NCBI GenBank assembly: GCA_973895155.1
Contig: OZ316893.1
Span: 1,984,860-2,048,859 of the forward strand
From: Marsupella aquatica
Taxonomy: Eukaryota > Plantae > Marchantiophyta
DNA: 64,000 nt
Direction of reading: 5' to 3'
The stretch's first letter is position 1. Each line of letters begins with the position of its first letter. Below are positions 1-14,700 of the stretch, piece by piece. The notes below the pieces were generated by a model. That model saw only the letters and a program-made list of their open reading frames with translations. It ran no database searches and was not told the origin of the DNA. Both the position numbers and the translations under genes were made by a program.

Positions 1-71
1 GTAACGATTTCCTCGTCTACTGAGAACCCAAGCAGCTCTATCCTTTCTTCAACTCTAGGACAACAACTCCA

Positions 72-160
72 CTTCTAGTACTTCAACCCCCATTACTGCT
101 TCAAAAGCTGTGCTCCTCTTCTAGTACTTCAACCCCCATTACTGCTTCAAAAGCTGTGCT
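72..160. repeat. 46-bp tandem duplication (2 copies)
   Basis: CTTCTAGTACTTCAACCCCCATTACTGCTTCAAAAGCTGTGCT occurs at 72 and again at 118. Confidence 0.9.
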
Positions 161-422
161 GCTCTCCCTTCTTCACTTACTCACAACCTGCTGCTGCCAT
201 CATCATGATGAGCCCGCCATGGCCTGGCTTTGACATCGCCACACAACACTCCAAAGCAAAGCGATGCGAAACAACACCGCACCGAAGCTTTTGTGTCCCA
301 CATGCACAAGCAACGCACGCTCTCAGCAGCATCTCTCGTCCGTCCTCCATCCCCTCTCTCCCCATTCCCCAACCGAACCAAAAAGCTCTCTTCCTTTCCT
401 CCCCGGGTCTTTCGCGCACTTA

Positions 423-423
<1 letters not shown>

Positions 424-466
<43 letters not shown>
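424..466. repeat. (CT)n/(GA)n microsatellite, probably in the 5' region of a gene extending left of the window
   Basis: Run of about 21 CT units in CpG-containing sequence. A minus-strand donor-like GTAAGTG lies at 174-180. Confidence 0.85.
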
Positions 467-470
<4 letters not shown>

Positions 471-3400
471 GAGCTGCACTGTCTTGTCTCGGACCGCAGG
501 TCGCCGACTGAAAGATCCTGTCAGAGACCTCCCACCCCATTGGCTGCACGCCTTCCAGTCGATTCGCTGTTTCTCATTAATTTAGTCATTTATCTCTCCC
601 GCCCGGATATGCGCAACCGGCAGGGTCTACCGCGGTCTACCGGCCTCTCAAGTCTCAAGATTCCGCCCTTCCTTCAGTTCCTTGTGTCTCTGTTTGCCGC
701 TACGGGACCTCTGGTCAGGTTCCCCAAAAACAGCCCCTCCAATCCTCCATGAGTCCATGGCTCCATAGTCCGCACCAGAACATAAATCTCCACTTCCAAG
801 AAACAGTTAACAGTAATCCAAAATTATCCAGTTCGCTCATCAATTCGGAATCCACACCGCTCACGGAACTATTTACCGTCGTATTAGTATTATTTTTGTA
901 TATATATATTAAGTTTTCACATGTCCGCAAAAGTGTTACACTATTGCGGTGGAATTCATTTCTGCATTCCCAAAATGGTCCCAGAAATTATTAAAATACT
1001 GAGTTTTGGAAAGCCTTCTGCATCATTCTCCGGAATGCTCACATAAGTGTTACAGTTTATTGTATTACTTTCTGCATCTAGGGGGGCTGATAGCGCTGTC
1101 CGCAATGCTGTCTGGGCCTGGTGACTCAACTTGATGGCTTTAAAAATTGAAATCATTATTTTTGGGAAACCAAGCCCCAGGCCCGACAGGGAATACCCCT
1201 CAGGTTATAACAAAGGGAAAAACACAGACGGCCCAATCAGCCGAAACAAAAGCTATGGCCCCAAAAAGAGACCGAAGACAAGCCTCCACTACTAACCCAG
1301 CTGCACCTTCTCCAAAGGGAAGTAGAGGACAACCAAAGGGACCAGAACTAGGAGCATATCCAAAGGTGTACTTTATTTTCCTAGTGTATACTTTAAATAT
1401 AGGGGAAGGAGTTTCCATCTGTAGTTTACTGTATATAACAAGAATGATGTATCAAAATGCAGGTCCAATGGTTACTGGGTTATTTACTACCTCGTGACAT
1501 TGGCATTGTTGGATCTAATAGTTAGATCTTGCATAGCTCACAAATGCATCCTGTAGTCAATGCACTATACAGTCACTAAAATATAATTCTAGTAACCAAG
1601 ACACCCACTAAACTTACAATTCAATACTATTCTAGTAACCCATTGGGGGTGCCTGTTTTCCTCAACCTTATGCTCAACCTTACTGAGTTTGGTCAATGTA
1701 GCGATACAGTAGGGCGTCTCACATATGGCCAGGTGCGGGAAATTTGAGCGCCCGGGAGTATCGGCAGCCCAGGCCTCCGGACAGGACTGGTCGGGCACCG
1801 ATTGTGGTGCCCGACCAGTCACGCCCGGAACATTTACAACAGAAACCCCCGCCCGACCGTGATTAGCCCTTCACGCAAAACAGCACAGTGATCGCACAAA
1901 ACAGCACAGGGAGCAGTGTCTCGTCCACTCTGCGGCATCTCCACCCATAACCCGTCTCAGAATTGACTACCCCAAAATTTCTTGGCCCGCATCAACACTG
2001 TCGCGGTGCATCCTACTGCGTCTCAGGTGGCCCGCGTTTGAATTTTTTTTTCCATAATTGAGACCCCCTAGTACACCAACCTAGTAACTGCTGGAGATTC
2101 TCTAATGTAGGAAAATGGTCTGGGAGGCAGGAAGGGGCACACGTGAAGAGGGGCCAGGCAAAACTCCACATGTTGTCAAATAAGTCTGGCTAGCAGACTA
2201 CAACCACAATAGGGGAGGACTGTGCCTAAGTACAAGGCCAAATAGAGTCGGCAATGGAGATGCCAGCGACAAGCAGCTTCCTGTTCCTCCTGATTATAAC
2301 TTTGGAACTCCTCAAAGGCAAAACCAGTAAATCTCAAACTGAGCTAAACAAAAGCATAAATAGGATGGACCTCCCACTGGAGATTTTTGGGGGAGAAAGG
2401 ACCAATTTAGTAAGCCAGGCCAAACAAAGTACTGGAATAAAAGCAAAAGAGGAAGATGACAAAAGTGTAACTCAAAAGAATAGGGCAAATGCAAACCCCA
2501 AAAATTCAAATTGTAAATTGAGTTACTGTTCACCACTTGAATCTTACTTATAAAACGCCAACTACAAGCTAGAGTTGGGGCTTGGTTTCTAGAGTGAAGT
2601 CTCTAGACCCTAACTCCATGGCTCATGATCTGTATGGGAAAACTCATGACTATAATATATGAAAAATGATAATCATATATACTTTTTATCATGAATTCTA
2701 TTTATATTACAAAATGAGTTCTATAGCCCCACCATAACATATGTGCATAGAAAATAGTAGGTTATGCATGATTATTAAAATGATGACATGTATGATAATT
2801 TTTTTATCATTTCATTAACCTTCAAAAAATGTGAATAAGTAATATATTTGGTGACAATTTTATTGTCCTCCTTGCTTTTCACGTTCAACGAATGGTTAGT
2901 CTGGGCTAGTCCTACCAAATCATGATCAGAGCCTATGGTAGAGCGTGATGCCTCTAGATTGTGACTCAGGGTGGCTGGCAAGTTTTTGGGGGTGAGGCAA
3001 CCGGTGAGCAAGGCAACCTCCATCCTGAGAAAAGCTCCAGCAGTCAGGCTAGTTAAAATTAAAATTTACAAAATTCTGCAAAGGTGAAGTTGAGAAGATT
3101 TTTCCCATTACAATGTGGGTAAGCCCTTAGCTAGAGCCCCTCCCTCAGTGGACATTCCCAGCCTACTAAGTTATGTTTAGAGTATTGATGGAAATTTTGT
3201 CCACATCTGCAAAGGGAAATGCTCCGACAGGTTCAGTGAGAGTCGCCAATTACTCTGCTGCCACGTACTGGAGAAAAAGCACCTTGAAGCATTGTGGTGT
3301 CGCCACAGGGCTAGAAAGCAAGCGCTTCTACGAAAATAAGCAAGAGAAAACAAATTCCAAAGTTCAGAAATAGAAACACTTGATGCTACTTAAGTGCGAG

Positions 3401-6400
3401 ACCTTGGGGTGTTTGGATCTTCAATGTCTCACATTGGCCACAGAATTTGAGTGGAATAAAACCATGTTTGATACCAATAGAATTGCAATACTTTACTAGA
3501 TTTCAGAGGTTCTGGTCCCAGCAAACTAAGACGGGGAATTCAAAGCTTAATAACCACAGACTAGAGTCTTGGTAGGACCAGCACCTCCCCAAGTAAGATA
3601 TACTTTGTAAGCTGAATTGAATTTGCAAGCCCATCAAAAAGTACCTGGAGTCTAAGCAGTAATATGAAGTCACAAGAGCACATGAGTGTTGAGATTTTTG
3701 CAGTGAGTCTGTACGTCTTGTTAGTCCATATACTGTTCCCTACAATTAGTGTCAGTCGCACTAATTTTGGTGAAACTCATGAATTACATGCTAGCATAGA
3801 TAACGGTGAGGGAGGTAGGGTCCAACGCGGAGTTAACTTGTGAGGCAAGGAGGCCTGAATTCATTAGAAATTCATCTCAAACAAGCGAAGTTCAAGAAGA
3901 AGACCCTTGTGGTCCCAGTATGTCGTTGGGGAGGGTCACAGCGTGGACCCATTATGTTCTTCCTCGTGACCCTTAAACAATCGATATTCAGACCCATGAC
4001 ATTCGGAATGAAGCCCTAGATCGCGTACGCGTCTCATTCCCTTGCTTGTCTCTTGTTGTTTCTGCCAATTCCGTGTTCCTAACCTACTTTGAATTGTCTG
4101 GCAACTGCCTGCAATGGGGTCCTAGCCTCGGGGTCCCAACCAGCGACACAATTCACTTCCATGACAGACACAGGAGATGCAGCGGGTTAACCAAGTACAG
4201 AACTCACTTTTGAAGCCTTTGTAGCGGATTCTTTTAGCGGATATTTCTCGTCCCTTATTAACGGCGTTTTTTCTCTACCTTGCGGTTCCCAAGGATCGCT
4301 CGAAAGCTGCCAACCTCCACGTGCAGTCCATGGCTTTCAGTCCATTCACTGCAGACTCGAAACACACCTTCTCTCAGGGGCCCCATGTGCAGAGACGAAC
4401 TCTGCACACTGCCCATGGAAATACTGGCCTGTAGAATTACTAGGGGTCGCCATCTCAACAATCAACCTGATTGCCATATCTTTCCAAATAATAATTGCAG
4501 GACATAGTTTGCATTTTTGAGCTCTGGTATTTTGTCATCCTGTCTACAGTAAGATACTACTTTTGCATTCTATAAGCAAAAAATAATAACCATAGGGATC
4601 CCAGTGAATGGTTGATAAACACTGTAACTCAGAAAGTGGCCCCATCCTATGACAGGAAACTACTGTAGGGGTGCCCTAAACCCCAAACAAACCTTAGGCA
4701 TAAGTTTCTTTGTTTTTAAGAGAGAGGGGGGGGGGGGGGAACCATGGCTGAGCATGGGTTATACCAAGATTTTAAACTATAGAACAGTCAATTGTAAGTC
4801 TCTGTAATATCTACTTGGATTGCTTTAGTCACTTGCCTCAATGCACGAACTTCGCTTGTAAAATAGACAGTGAGTATCATTGAGTCGGTTTCCAGTTCGA
4901 ACTCCAACAGTAGGTGTGCGCTGAGTCATGACCATAGGCCCTTATCAGCTTTTGAGCACATCTTATTAGATAGACATTTCTTCTGTTCGAAGGAAAAGAG
5001 CATTGGTCCACAGTCGTAGGGACATGCTTATGCTCTCTTACTTCAGTAGTATATCTGTGGTTAGCTTGCACTTGGCTTTACACTCTGGCAGATACTGGTT
5101 GCACTGATTTTTTGTGGCACTCTTGGCCTTCTCCTGTGGTTGATCCTTAGGGATTGTCTCCTTATTAGGGACCTGTCGAATTGACCTTTAAGCCTGCCGT
5201 TTGCCACCCGCAATTACTCCCACCAACAACAAGCCACTCCACACCTTCAAATGAATTGAGTAATTGGAGGGGAAACTTACTACGTGGTGCAGCATAGTAA
5301 AAATTCCTACTGAACCGGACCTTCAATGTCTGAAACCCCTGGTGCACGCCGCTTCCAGGTTGTGAGTGACATGTCCCGGTGTACATTCTTAAAAGAAGAG
5401 TTAGACAAGGACAAGTTAATTAGGGTGTGGCTTCCTGAGGTAAAGAGAACTTTTTTAATTTCTATTTTGGGTGGGTGAGGGGGCGGGGGGAGGGAGGGGG
5501 GGAAGGGTTCGCTTTTGTGGAAGGATGCTAGTTGCAGGTCAGAATGTTTGAAGATTCCAGCCTATGCTTCCGTTTCTTCCATCCAAAAACCTTGCTATTC
5601 CCTCAGAAAAAGTTAAGTAGCTGAAAAAGGCCTGCTCGTAATAGCCCCATGCCCCACAGACAAACTCTCTAAATAAGCTAGGCACATTCTCCCGGGCCCT
5701 TAAATGCCTCTCCCCCTACTCCCTCTCAGTAGTATAGATTTCAGACACTGGGGTTCAGTGGATATCTTTGCCTTGGAATACCACCTAAGTACTTTTCTTA
5801 TAATTGGAGTCTCTAAAACAAGTTTGGGGCATGGACATAAATTAGTATTAAAGCAGCCAGTATAGGGATGTTTGTGACGTGGTTGTAAAACCAAGCCACG
5901 CCCCATCGCTGTAACTGGTTGGCCGTATGCCCGACCACAGTCCCTTCGTCCGAGAATTGTGTCCCTGCGTGCCATCGTAACTGTCAAAAAAAAGGGATCC
6001 CAAATTGATAGAGTTAATGATGACGATTATTTCGCTCTCCAACCTACGAGTGTCTCGGGCAGGGCCGACGGCGAATCGAAAGAGCGAGCAACAAGACACA
6101 ATCTGGCAGCTCGGCTAAAATAGCGGGCCGTTGAAGCCGCGGAGCTCCGAATTAGATCTCGAATTACCGCCTTTTTAACCAAAACCACCACCACAAATTT
6201 TCCTCCTCTCCCTCCCAATTCCATTCCATGCGATTCGATTCCATTCCCTTCCCCATTCCCCACGAAATATTTTATTATATTAGTATAGTATAGTATGGTA
6301 TAGTACTCCGCCTCTGAATCTGAATAGTCCTCCCGTACACTCGAAACAACCGGAAGTGGCACCTGACGGCGCGGCTCGTCAGAGACGGAGAATTGATTAT

Positions 6401-8296
6401 TGATTCGAAGACCACCACCGCAAATCCTTCAGCACAGCAGCTGTGAAAGTGTGAATCCAGCACGGCGACCTTTCGTTCATCCATTCCTTCATTCATTCCC
6501 TTCCCCCGTTCGCATTCCTTTCCGCCTTCCCAAAACCAAACCTCCCTGGGACTGAGGGGGGCCCCCTTCGGACCAACAAGTGTCCACTACCTGTCGGCCC
6601 GGTTGCCGAAGAAGCCAGGCTATGGCGACCGAGGGACGGAAGGGAAGGAAGGGAGGGAAGCAGGATGCTGGAAGGAAGACAGCCAGCCAGCCAACTAGCC
6701 AAGCAGCCTGGCCGCGAGGGATGGGATCATGGGACGGATTCGGTCAACAAACTCACGCACTCCCACATAATAGTAGTAGTAGACTGGTAGTAGTAGTAGA
6801 TTGCTAGATCCGGGTCAAATGAGAGGTGTCCCCACCTCGCCATTGTTTCCACCCGGCCGGTTCAGCCAGCGAGCGTCTCTTCTTCGCCAGAATACTCTAT
6901 AGAGTATTGTATATATATAGATATATTTTTTGTAGAGACTATGGAGCCGGAGCGGTCAGTGAACAGTACAGGAGGAGTAATAAGTGCGAAGGGCATGATT
7001 CCCTGCGAATGGAAGGTTTGTCGCATGCTCTGGCCTTTCGCTCAGCCTTTCATTCCAGAGTTCAGAAGCTTTTCTTTTAGTGTTTATTCGCCTTTTCCGG
7101 TTTATTACTTTTTCCTCGCCTCTGACTAGCATTAACTTCCTGTGTGGTACTTTTCCACAATCTCAAGCTTCCACGACCGAGTCCTGCTTTTACTCCTTTG
7201 GAGTCCTTTGGAGGACAGAGGTTTCCTTCGTCGACTCCTTTGCGTATCATTCTGTCCCAACGCCAAACATCATCGAAAATCGATGGCTCACTACTAAACA
7301 ATGACACTTCCATATCTCTCAACCCCCTGCTTGAGGTCCATCGATGATATGGATCACTCATTGTGTCCATCAAGTAATACTTTTCATTTTGGGATCCATC
7401 AGATAAATTTCTCACAATTGTGCACAACGATCCCTCTCATTTCTTGCATTTGAAGTCTCATCTGTTTATGGGTGGAGGAGTCATAATGGTCTCTGAATCC
7501 ATCCTAAGCTTCAACGATCAAACTCCCTTAAACTAGTCTGGGTGATCTTTGCAACATGCCTAGGCTACTTCAAGCTTTGCTTCATGTAAGGCTTTGAGCC
7601 CTCAGATTGATGCAAAAATATTTCATTTCACATGGATGTCAAGAACATGTCAATAGAACATGTCAATAGAATAACAATCCAGGGGAGAGCTTATCCTTCT
7701 TGAGTATACCAGGTCCAACTAAAGGTCAAGCACAAGTAGGCATTGTTGTCCAATGACTTGCACCTTTTCTTGGGTAAGTACTCAATGATACCCACAGGTC
7801 TCAACCCCAACCTTTTCGGGCCACCTACAGAGACACAGTCATGTAGATTTCGAGTGTCATGAGTACTGAAAAGTCACCAGCACTGATCTCAACCCCAACT
7901 GGTATAATTTCAGTTGTGTACCTTTTACCACCACATCTTTTCCAGGTAGATTTGACGGCTTTCGTGAACACTTTTGGTTCAGCTTCGTTTCCTACCGGTA
8001 GCCACTACATTTGCAGCATTTAGAGCTCTCGTATACCACTGTTTTTTATTTTCTTAAAGATGCCTGGTCTTTGACAAGCCCGGGTGATGTGCCTTTGCAC
8101 CATCAGCGTGACGTGAAGCCTTTCTTTTATTTTCTCATTTAGGGAACCAAACCCTAAACCTGTGAACACTTTACTTGAACTCCACGAGAATTCGGACTCA
8201 TGGAGAATGTCTATAAGTCTAGTAGAAATGGACCAGGCCACGTCATGCCATCTGAGTTCCCTGGGGGGCATACGGCCAACACATCTGGATGTCGAG

Positions 8297-9269
8297 GAGA
8301 TATATGCTTGATGGGCCCCCTGGTGAACCTTTCTTACCTGATGGGCCCCTAGGTAACTTTTTTTATCAAATAGGACCCTTCTTAATGACCAGTACACCTG
8401 TTCTTGTGTGGTGCCTACACCTGTCCTTGTGTGGTGCCTACTATGTATGGTGACTCTAAGCAAACTGCACAGTTGAATCGTGCGGTCAACCTTGCATGGT
8501 CGACCGAGAAACCACGGAGATGATTCAGGAGAAACCGCGAAAAGCGTTGTCGAAACTATTATTTGAAGACAATATGCATTATGTCTTCGGATTCAATGGG
8601 TTAATGCCTGAAGACTCAATGGATTATGTCTTCCCGTGTTTCAAGGTTTAGGGTGTACCCCGACACCTTTGGGTCTGTCTTCTTTTGAAATTGTTTGTAT
8701 GCATTGCATAGGGGAGTATTATCATTTTGTCAATCATTTGCCAATTTTTGTTGTGGCGGCAGTAGGCAAATTCCAAACATTGAACTTGAATATTCTTTGT
8801 GGACATTTGGAGGTACCCCACACTAACGCTGACAGTCGTGCATGAAAACATTGTGAAAAACCCATGTGCACAACGTAAAAAACATACCTAATAACTACCC
8901 CACGATACGGTAAAAATTTGAACCCGAAGACATAATCCATTGTGTCTTTAGGCATTAACCCAGTGAATTCGAAGACATAATGCATATTGTCTTCAAATCG
9001 TAGTTTCGACAGTGGCAGTTGCTTTTCGCGGTTTCTCCCAAATAATCTCTATGGTTTCTTGGTCGACCATGTAAAGTTGACCGCATGGTTCAACTGTGCA
9101 GTTCGCTTGGAGTCACCATCCATAGTAGGCATCACACAAGTACAGGTGTAGGCACCACACAAGAACAGGTGTACTGGTCATTAAGAGAGGTCCTATTTGG
9201 TAAAAAAAGTTACCTAGGGGCCCATCAGGTAAGAAAGGTTCACCAGGGGGCCCATCAAGCATATATCTC
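8297..9269. mobile_element. Non-autonomous Mutator-like (MULE/foldback) element
   Basis: About 340-bp TIRs (8297-8633 and 8926-9269) starting GAGATATATGCTTGATGGGCCCCC, and a perfect 10-bp TSD GGATGTCGAG (8287-8296 and 9270-9279). Long TIRs beginning with G and a 9-10 bp TSD are Mutator hallmarks. Confidence 0.92.
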
Positions 9270-11157
9270 GGATGTCGAGAGATTCATCTTCCCTCTCATC
9301 TTTTGACGATCTTATTGCATATCAATACTCTTGCAAGCCAAAATCAGGTACAGTTCTTTGAAGCCACTTGTAGATTACCTTGAACCATTTTAACTTTCTT
9401 ACCCCCAAACTCATTGAAGATTACTAACTTGTTGCTAAACTAATTATCAGGTTACCCCCAAGTTTTGTAGGTGGATTGGGTTAACTGACTAGACTAACCC
9501 AAGATAGCAAGTGATTGGGCTTTCAAGCTGACAGAGAGTTTAAACTACGGAGGGTCAAGAGGAGAGAGTCCTCACAATCCTCCTACAACCAGAGGAAGTC
9601 ACCCTCTCAAATTGTGGGCTCCCACCCACACCTACACACACAACAACATGTGGGAGACCCTGCTAAAATTGAGCTAGACCTACAGCTATCAAACAGGTTG
9701 GACTGTTTACCCTATTGTTCCCTGGTAAGGTTAGGCAGTAATTGTACCACTTTTCCCAGATTACTTTCGAGCTAATTGGATTGCATGACATGTACATCCT
9801 CCGAGATGGTCAGCCATGATTCAAAGGGCATTGCTTAGATCCAATCCCCTTACTAGCCCAACCTAGAGGTTGGATTGTGCCACTCCAAGATTACAAAACA
9901 AATATTTCCTGAAAGAGTGGCTTTTGTTTAGAATTGTAAAAATTCTGACATCTACTATAATTTTCCACTCTTTTTTGTGCAAGTACACACACTACGACTC
10001 CAATTACTTTGTCAGTTGTTTCCACCATTGGTTAATCAAAGTAAATCTGGTTAGCCCAAGTGCACCACCAGCCTTTGCCTAGAAAGACATTCTCTACAAC
10101 TAGTGTAGTTAACAAGAATTCCTAGCAAAAGGTATAGCTCAACAGGCTTGGTCCTGGGCTACGTTTTCCAATATTGGGCTGGCTAATTCACAACTTGCTA
10201 ATACCAATCCAATTCCATATGAGGCACACATATATCATTGAACCTCCTGCTTGAGAGCAAATTCCATGGCTTGCACCGGTGAATGCTTTCACTAACTACA
10301 ACCCCAATCAAGCTCTTTGAATGTGACTGGTTTGGTGCTTCAAGACATTTAACGAATGGGTTCGAAAGGAAGAGCCAAGGTTGAATAGAAGTCCCCATGA
10401 TGGGTGAATATCACACCACTTTCCCACCAAAGTATGGTAGATCAATTCCAAGATATTACCCCATGGTTGGTGGCATAGTTGAGAAAGGCTATTGGGCTGG
10501 CTATCATGATTCCACCACACCTACACAATGGCCATTCACAATATTGGGTACAATATCTCACTCCAGGGTTGGTTGTGGCAATGACAGTATAGTTTGTGAC
10601 ATAGAGTGGACACCTTGAATACCGGATGAATACGGGATTTCTGCAAAATTGAAAGATACCAACACCACCATCTCCTGGCCCAAAAAAGGTAGTTGGGGAT
10701 GTATTTAACAGTAATAGGATGCGAAAAGATTACGTCCCACCTCCTCTTTATAGGTTTAGGGGTTTCCCTTTAGTCTTTCCTTTTGGAGTTTGGTGTTTGT
10801 GTGAGTTGGACTTAGTCTTTCTTTTGAAATTGGTGTTTTTGTGAGTTGGACTTCTTTTGTTTGTTCTTTATTGTATTTTGTTTGGCCCTTTTTGTAAATG
10901 TATAATTCTCGTGCACACCTCAAGACGTGGGCTAAAGTTGGGTCAGAACAGCACTGTCCACATAAGTAATCGGGGGACCCACTCCTCTTCATGTAGGATT
11001 GGGAGATTTCCTGTACAAGTGGCCTCGAGAGCTCATTTTCTCATGTAAAACCAAACGAGACTTCACATTATATGAATGGTTATCACGAAATCTAAAAGTA
11101 AAGTCTTGGAAGTTGCTGTTGATTTGTTGTCCAGTTATCAAAGGCGACCCTTCCTGA

Positions 11158-11720
11158 GAGGTACATGCTTGATGGACCCCCTAACTGGAAAAGTTTGCTT
11201 GATGGACCCCCATGAAAGTCTGGTTACACTTTGGGACCCCCCCCCCCCCCTCCCATGAAAGTTTTGTAATAGTTTAGACTCCTGTCATACTTTTGTATCA
11301 TGTGTTCTTGTAAGTGTTTGGAAATGTGCAATACTCATGTGCAGATTTTACCATCTCTATTCTAAGGAGGATCATATACTGGGTACCGGGCCATAAGTTG
11401 TACTCAAAACCTTTTTGAATAAAGACTACTTCTCTCTGTTCTGATGAATTAAACTGAGCTATTCTGGGTTCTACAAACTGGTAGGTAATTGAGTTACTTG
11501 ATAATAAAACCTGTCCATCTATGCAAAACTACCACAGAACCTCTCCAGGCTGGGAACATGGCCAACAATGGACCTTTATTGTAGACAACATGAAGGGGGT
11601 CTAGTTTGTAACATGATGTCAGGGTTTTAAAGTGTCGGAGGGGGTCTAAATTGTAACAAATAATTGTGTGTATTTTAAACCACAACAAAACTTTCATGGG
11701 GTCCATCAAGCATATGCCTT
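11158..11720. mobile_element. Mutator-like MITE related to 8297-9269
   Basis: Ends GAGGTACATGCTTGATGGACCCC ... GGGGTCCATCAAGCATATGCCTT. 10-bp TSD CCCTTCCTGA / CCCTTCATGA with one mismatch. Confidence 0.8.
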
Positions 11721-14700
11721 CCCTTCATGACTTATTGAGTAACTTGAAGCTGTAGGCTGTAATTGGGTCATCATTTCTCTCACAGCAACAGCTTTTGATA
11801 TTTAGACTATGCATGTGAATAGCAACGGGCATTGTGGAGTCTGGATATATGAAACCCCTTCCCCTGCGTATGCCTGAAATCAAATCGGGCTTAATAAGAT
11901 GAGAATCAAAAAGCTTTGTTATTATAACCCAACATGTAAATTTGGCTAGATCTTGTGGACCTTAGGGAGGGATTAAAGAGAATTTGAAATGATTACTCAA
12001 CTGGACCTACTACAATGGGTTTGCTGAGGGTGTCGACCAGACTCTTCGCTTTCTTCCTTCTGTTGGACCATATATTTCGAAAATCTCATGGGTGTACTGG
12101 TGTATACGAAACATTCGATCTCTACGGTTCAAATCACCAAAATCTTTGGAAACCGAAATTCATGCCAGGCGGGAAAGTTGTGTAGTGTAGGCTACAGACC
12201 ACAATTAGAACATTCCAATTACCGATTACTGTGGACACGACGATTGCCATGATTAACTTAAAGTCTTGTTAATTATGAAAATCATGATGATAATTTGACA
12301 TCACAGGACAACTAATTGAGTACGTTATTGACTCGCACTGTAGTAGTAATAAACAAGACTCTTGCAGGGATTCAAGGGGTGTAGGAGGGGGATCTTCTCA
12401 CATTCGAAGCGTGAGAAACTTGAAGTACAAAACAATCCCCTCAGCTCCAGATTTAAGTGAAATTATTAGATGCTAATCTTGATTAATCTTCACGTGCCAG
12501 ACAATTGTGTCTTCGTCGAGCTTACAATCTAAACACTGGCACACTCCAGTTGTCATGGGACATCTGACACTGCCTGGATTGTATCTTTGACACGGGATTA
12601 AGATCGCATTGATCACAAATTACAGCTGTGTAATCCTATCATAGCTTGCTAATCAAGGATTATTGGCTCACAGCATCATGCAAGAGCCCTGCGATTACGG
12701 TAACTGAAACTCAAATGTATTTACGCTAATCCAATCACAGTCACGAAGCTATGTCTGTTACGAGTAATTCGTGCGGTGCTAGTGGGCACCTCGTGTTGCT
12801 CAAGCTTGTCAACTTGGGCGTTTTAGAAAGCTGTTACAGTCAGTTGTCGCGCAAGTTCCAATCGAAGAGACTTTACTTCTCCACCTCATTTTGCATGTGA
12901 CAGGCATTCTAGGTGCCTAGGAACAATGTTACCTAGCATGCTAATTGTGAGTTCAGACAAAACCCAGTGTGCGTCGCCCAACCCTTATACCAGCATGATT
13001 TTTGAAGGCTTTTTCTTTTTAGTCAGGGAAGCCAATGTCATCTTTGTTGAAGGAGACGACGCTAAGAGTATTTCATATCAAATTCTAGTAGGTGGGAAAC
13101 TAGCTAACCTGAGGCAAACAGTCTGGTAAAGTTTTGCCAAAGTGGGGAACACTACTCTTCAGGGAAGTCTAGAGTGAAACCCCTAGACTGTGACTATAGG
13201 GATGTAACTGAAGTTTGCGGTGTGATTGGAAAATGGGCATTGTGGTCAAGGTGAGAGTGAGTTTATGAAATGTTGTGGCAGGCTTTTGAATTTATTCACT
13301 TGTACATATGTTCAAGAACAGGCACTCTGGCTAGTATTTTCAAACAGTAAAAATAAAGCTTGCTCTCATAGTTGATTATGACTGTACTAAATCTTGCTCT
13401 TCTAAACCTCCTTGAGTGCACATGGTCCATGGCAATCCGGGGTTGAATTGATATACAGTCGCACACCACTACTTTATGTTTGTTTGAGGCTTATCTTCAT
13501 TATCTTAAATCTGGTTTATGCAAATGAAAGTTTCTTATTTAGTAAGAACTGGAAGTTGTTACTCGTCTCTCTTCAACCAGTGGGCCAAACCCACAAGGGT
13601 TTTTAAAAACAACTACACACAGACCATGGCTGAAGTATGCACATGATAATGCAAATCACAAGAACCTGAGTAACAATTAGAAATCACTTGACGAGTACAC
13701 CATGTTGTGGCTACTAAAGGCCACACAGGTCACTAAGAAATATTTTGAAAAATACGAACGAATGCAACCGCATAGCTGTGAGGAAGGTAGGTATAACTAA
13801 AATTATCATCGTTAAGGCTGGCCTGTATGCTGGCCTTCCTCATACAGCAAGATAATCAGCAATGTAGTTAAAATGAGCCATAAGCTGGAAGAAGCAAGGT
13901 GACATGCAGCACGAGCTTTGCCACTCAGTTTTAACACAAAAGGAACTCGATCACTGCACTGGCACCTCTGGAATTGGGACAAGATCTACCGTAAGTAAAT
14001 ATTATTGAGTCTCTAAACTCAGAAATTATAGGAAATGGCTAAGATTTACCCTGCCAGTGGCGACCCATGGAGCGACGAGATGCGTCCAAAATCGTAAGAT
14101 ACCGAGTCATAATTATCCAGCAGTCTGCAACAATCAAAAGGTGCAGACAGAGAAAGCATAGTCAACAGTCGACCTCAAAAATTCAACGACCCAGCAGATC
14201 AGCGTTGGACCCGCAATAAATGATGCGAATTCTTCCATTTAACATGGCTCTATCCCTAGAGTATCATGTGGTATCATACTCAGACGCAATCCAGGAGGAC
14301 CCACTCACAAATGTTCCCAATCTTCAGAAGTTAATAAATGGCCCTGTGAAATTGTACACAACGGACACCAATTATAGTTATCAACCAAACCTGCTTTCCG
14401 CAATTTTGGTGACACAAAATGATTATTTTTGTGCACCAGTGAAAAACGACAAATGTTTGTGTCCCCTCAATGTCAGGATTCAAGTTTATTTCTTGTCCAG
14501 TCAACAGGAATTGCTGCGAATTGATGACATCCATTAATTCATGCCTGCTTCGTGCTGGTTAACGAGAGCCAGTTGTTTCTTACCATTTAATTCCAGGATA
14601 CGATCTAAACTTCGACTCAGGTAAATATATTCTGGGTATTCGTATACAGGGGTTCTATACACCGCCTCGACCATAAGTATTCGCCCGAATATCAATATTA

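Noticed and set aside
177-752. Overlapping ORFs of 80-162 aa
   Set aside because: They are produced by the CT microsatellite and GC-rich UTR sequence and show no protein motifs.
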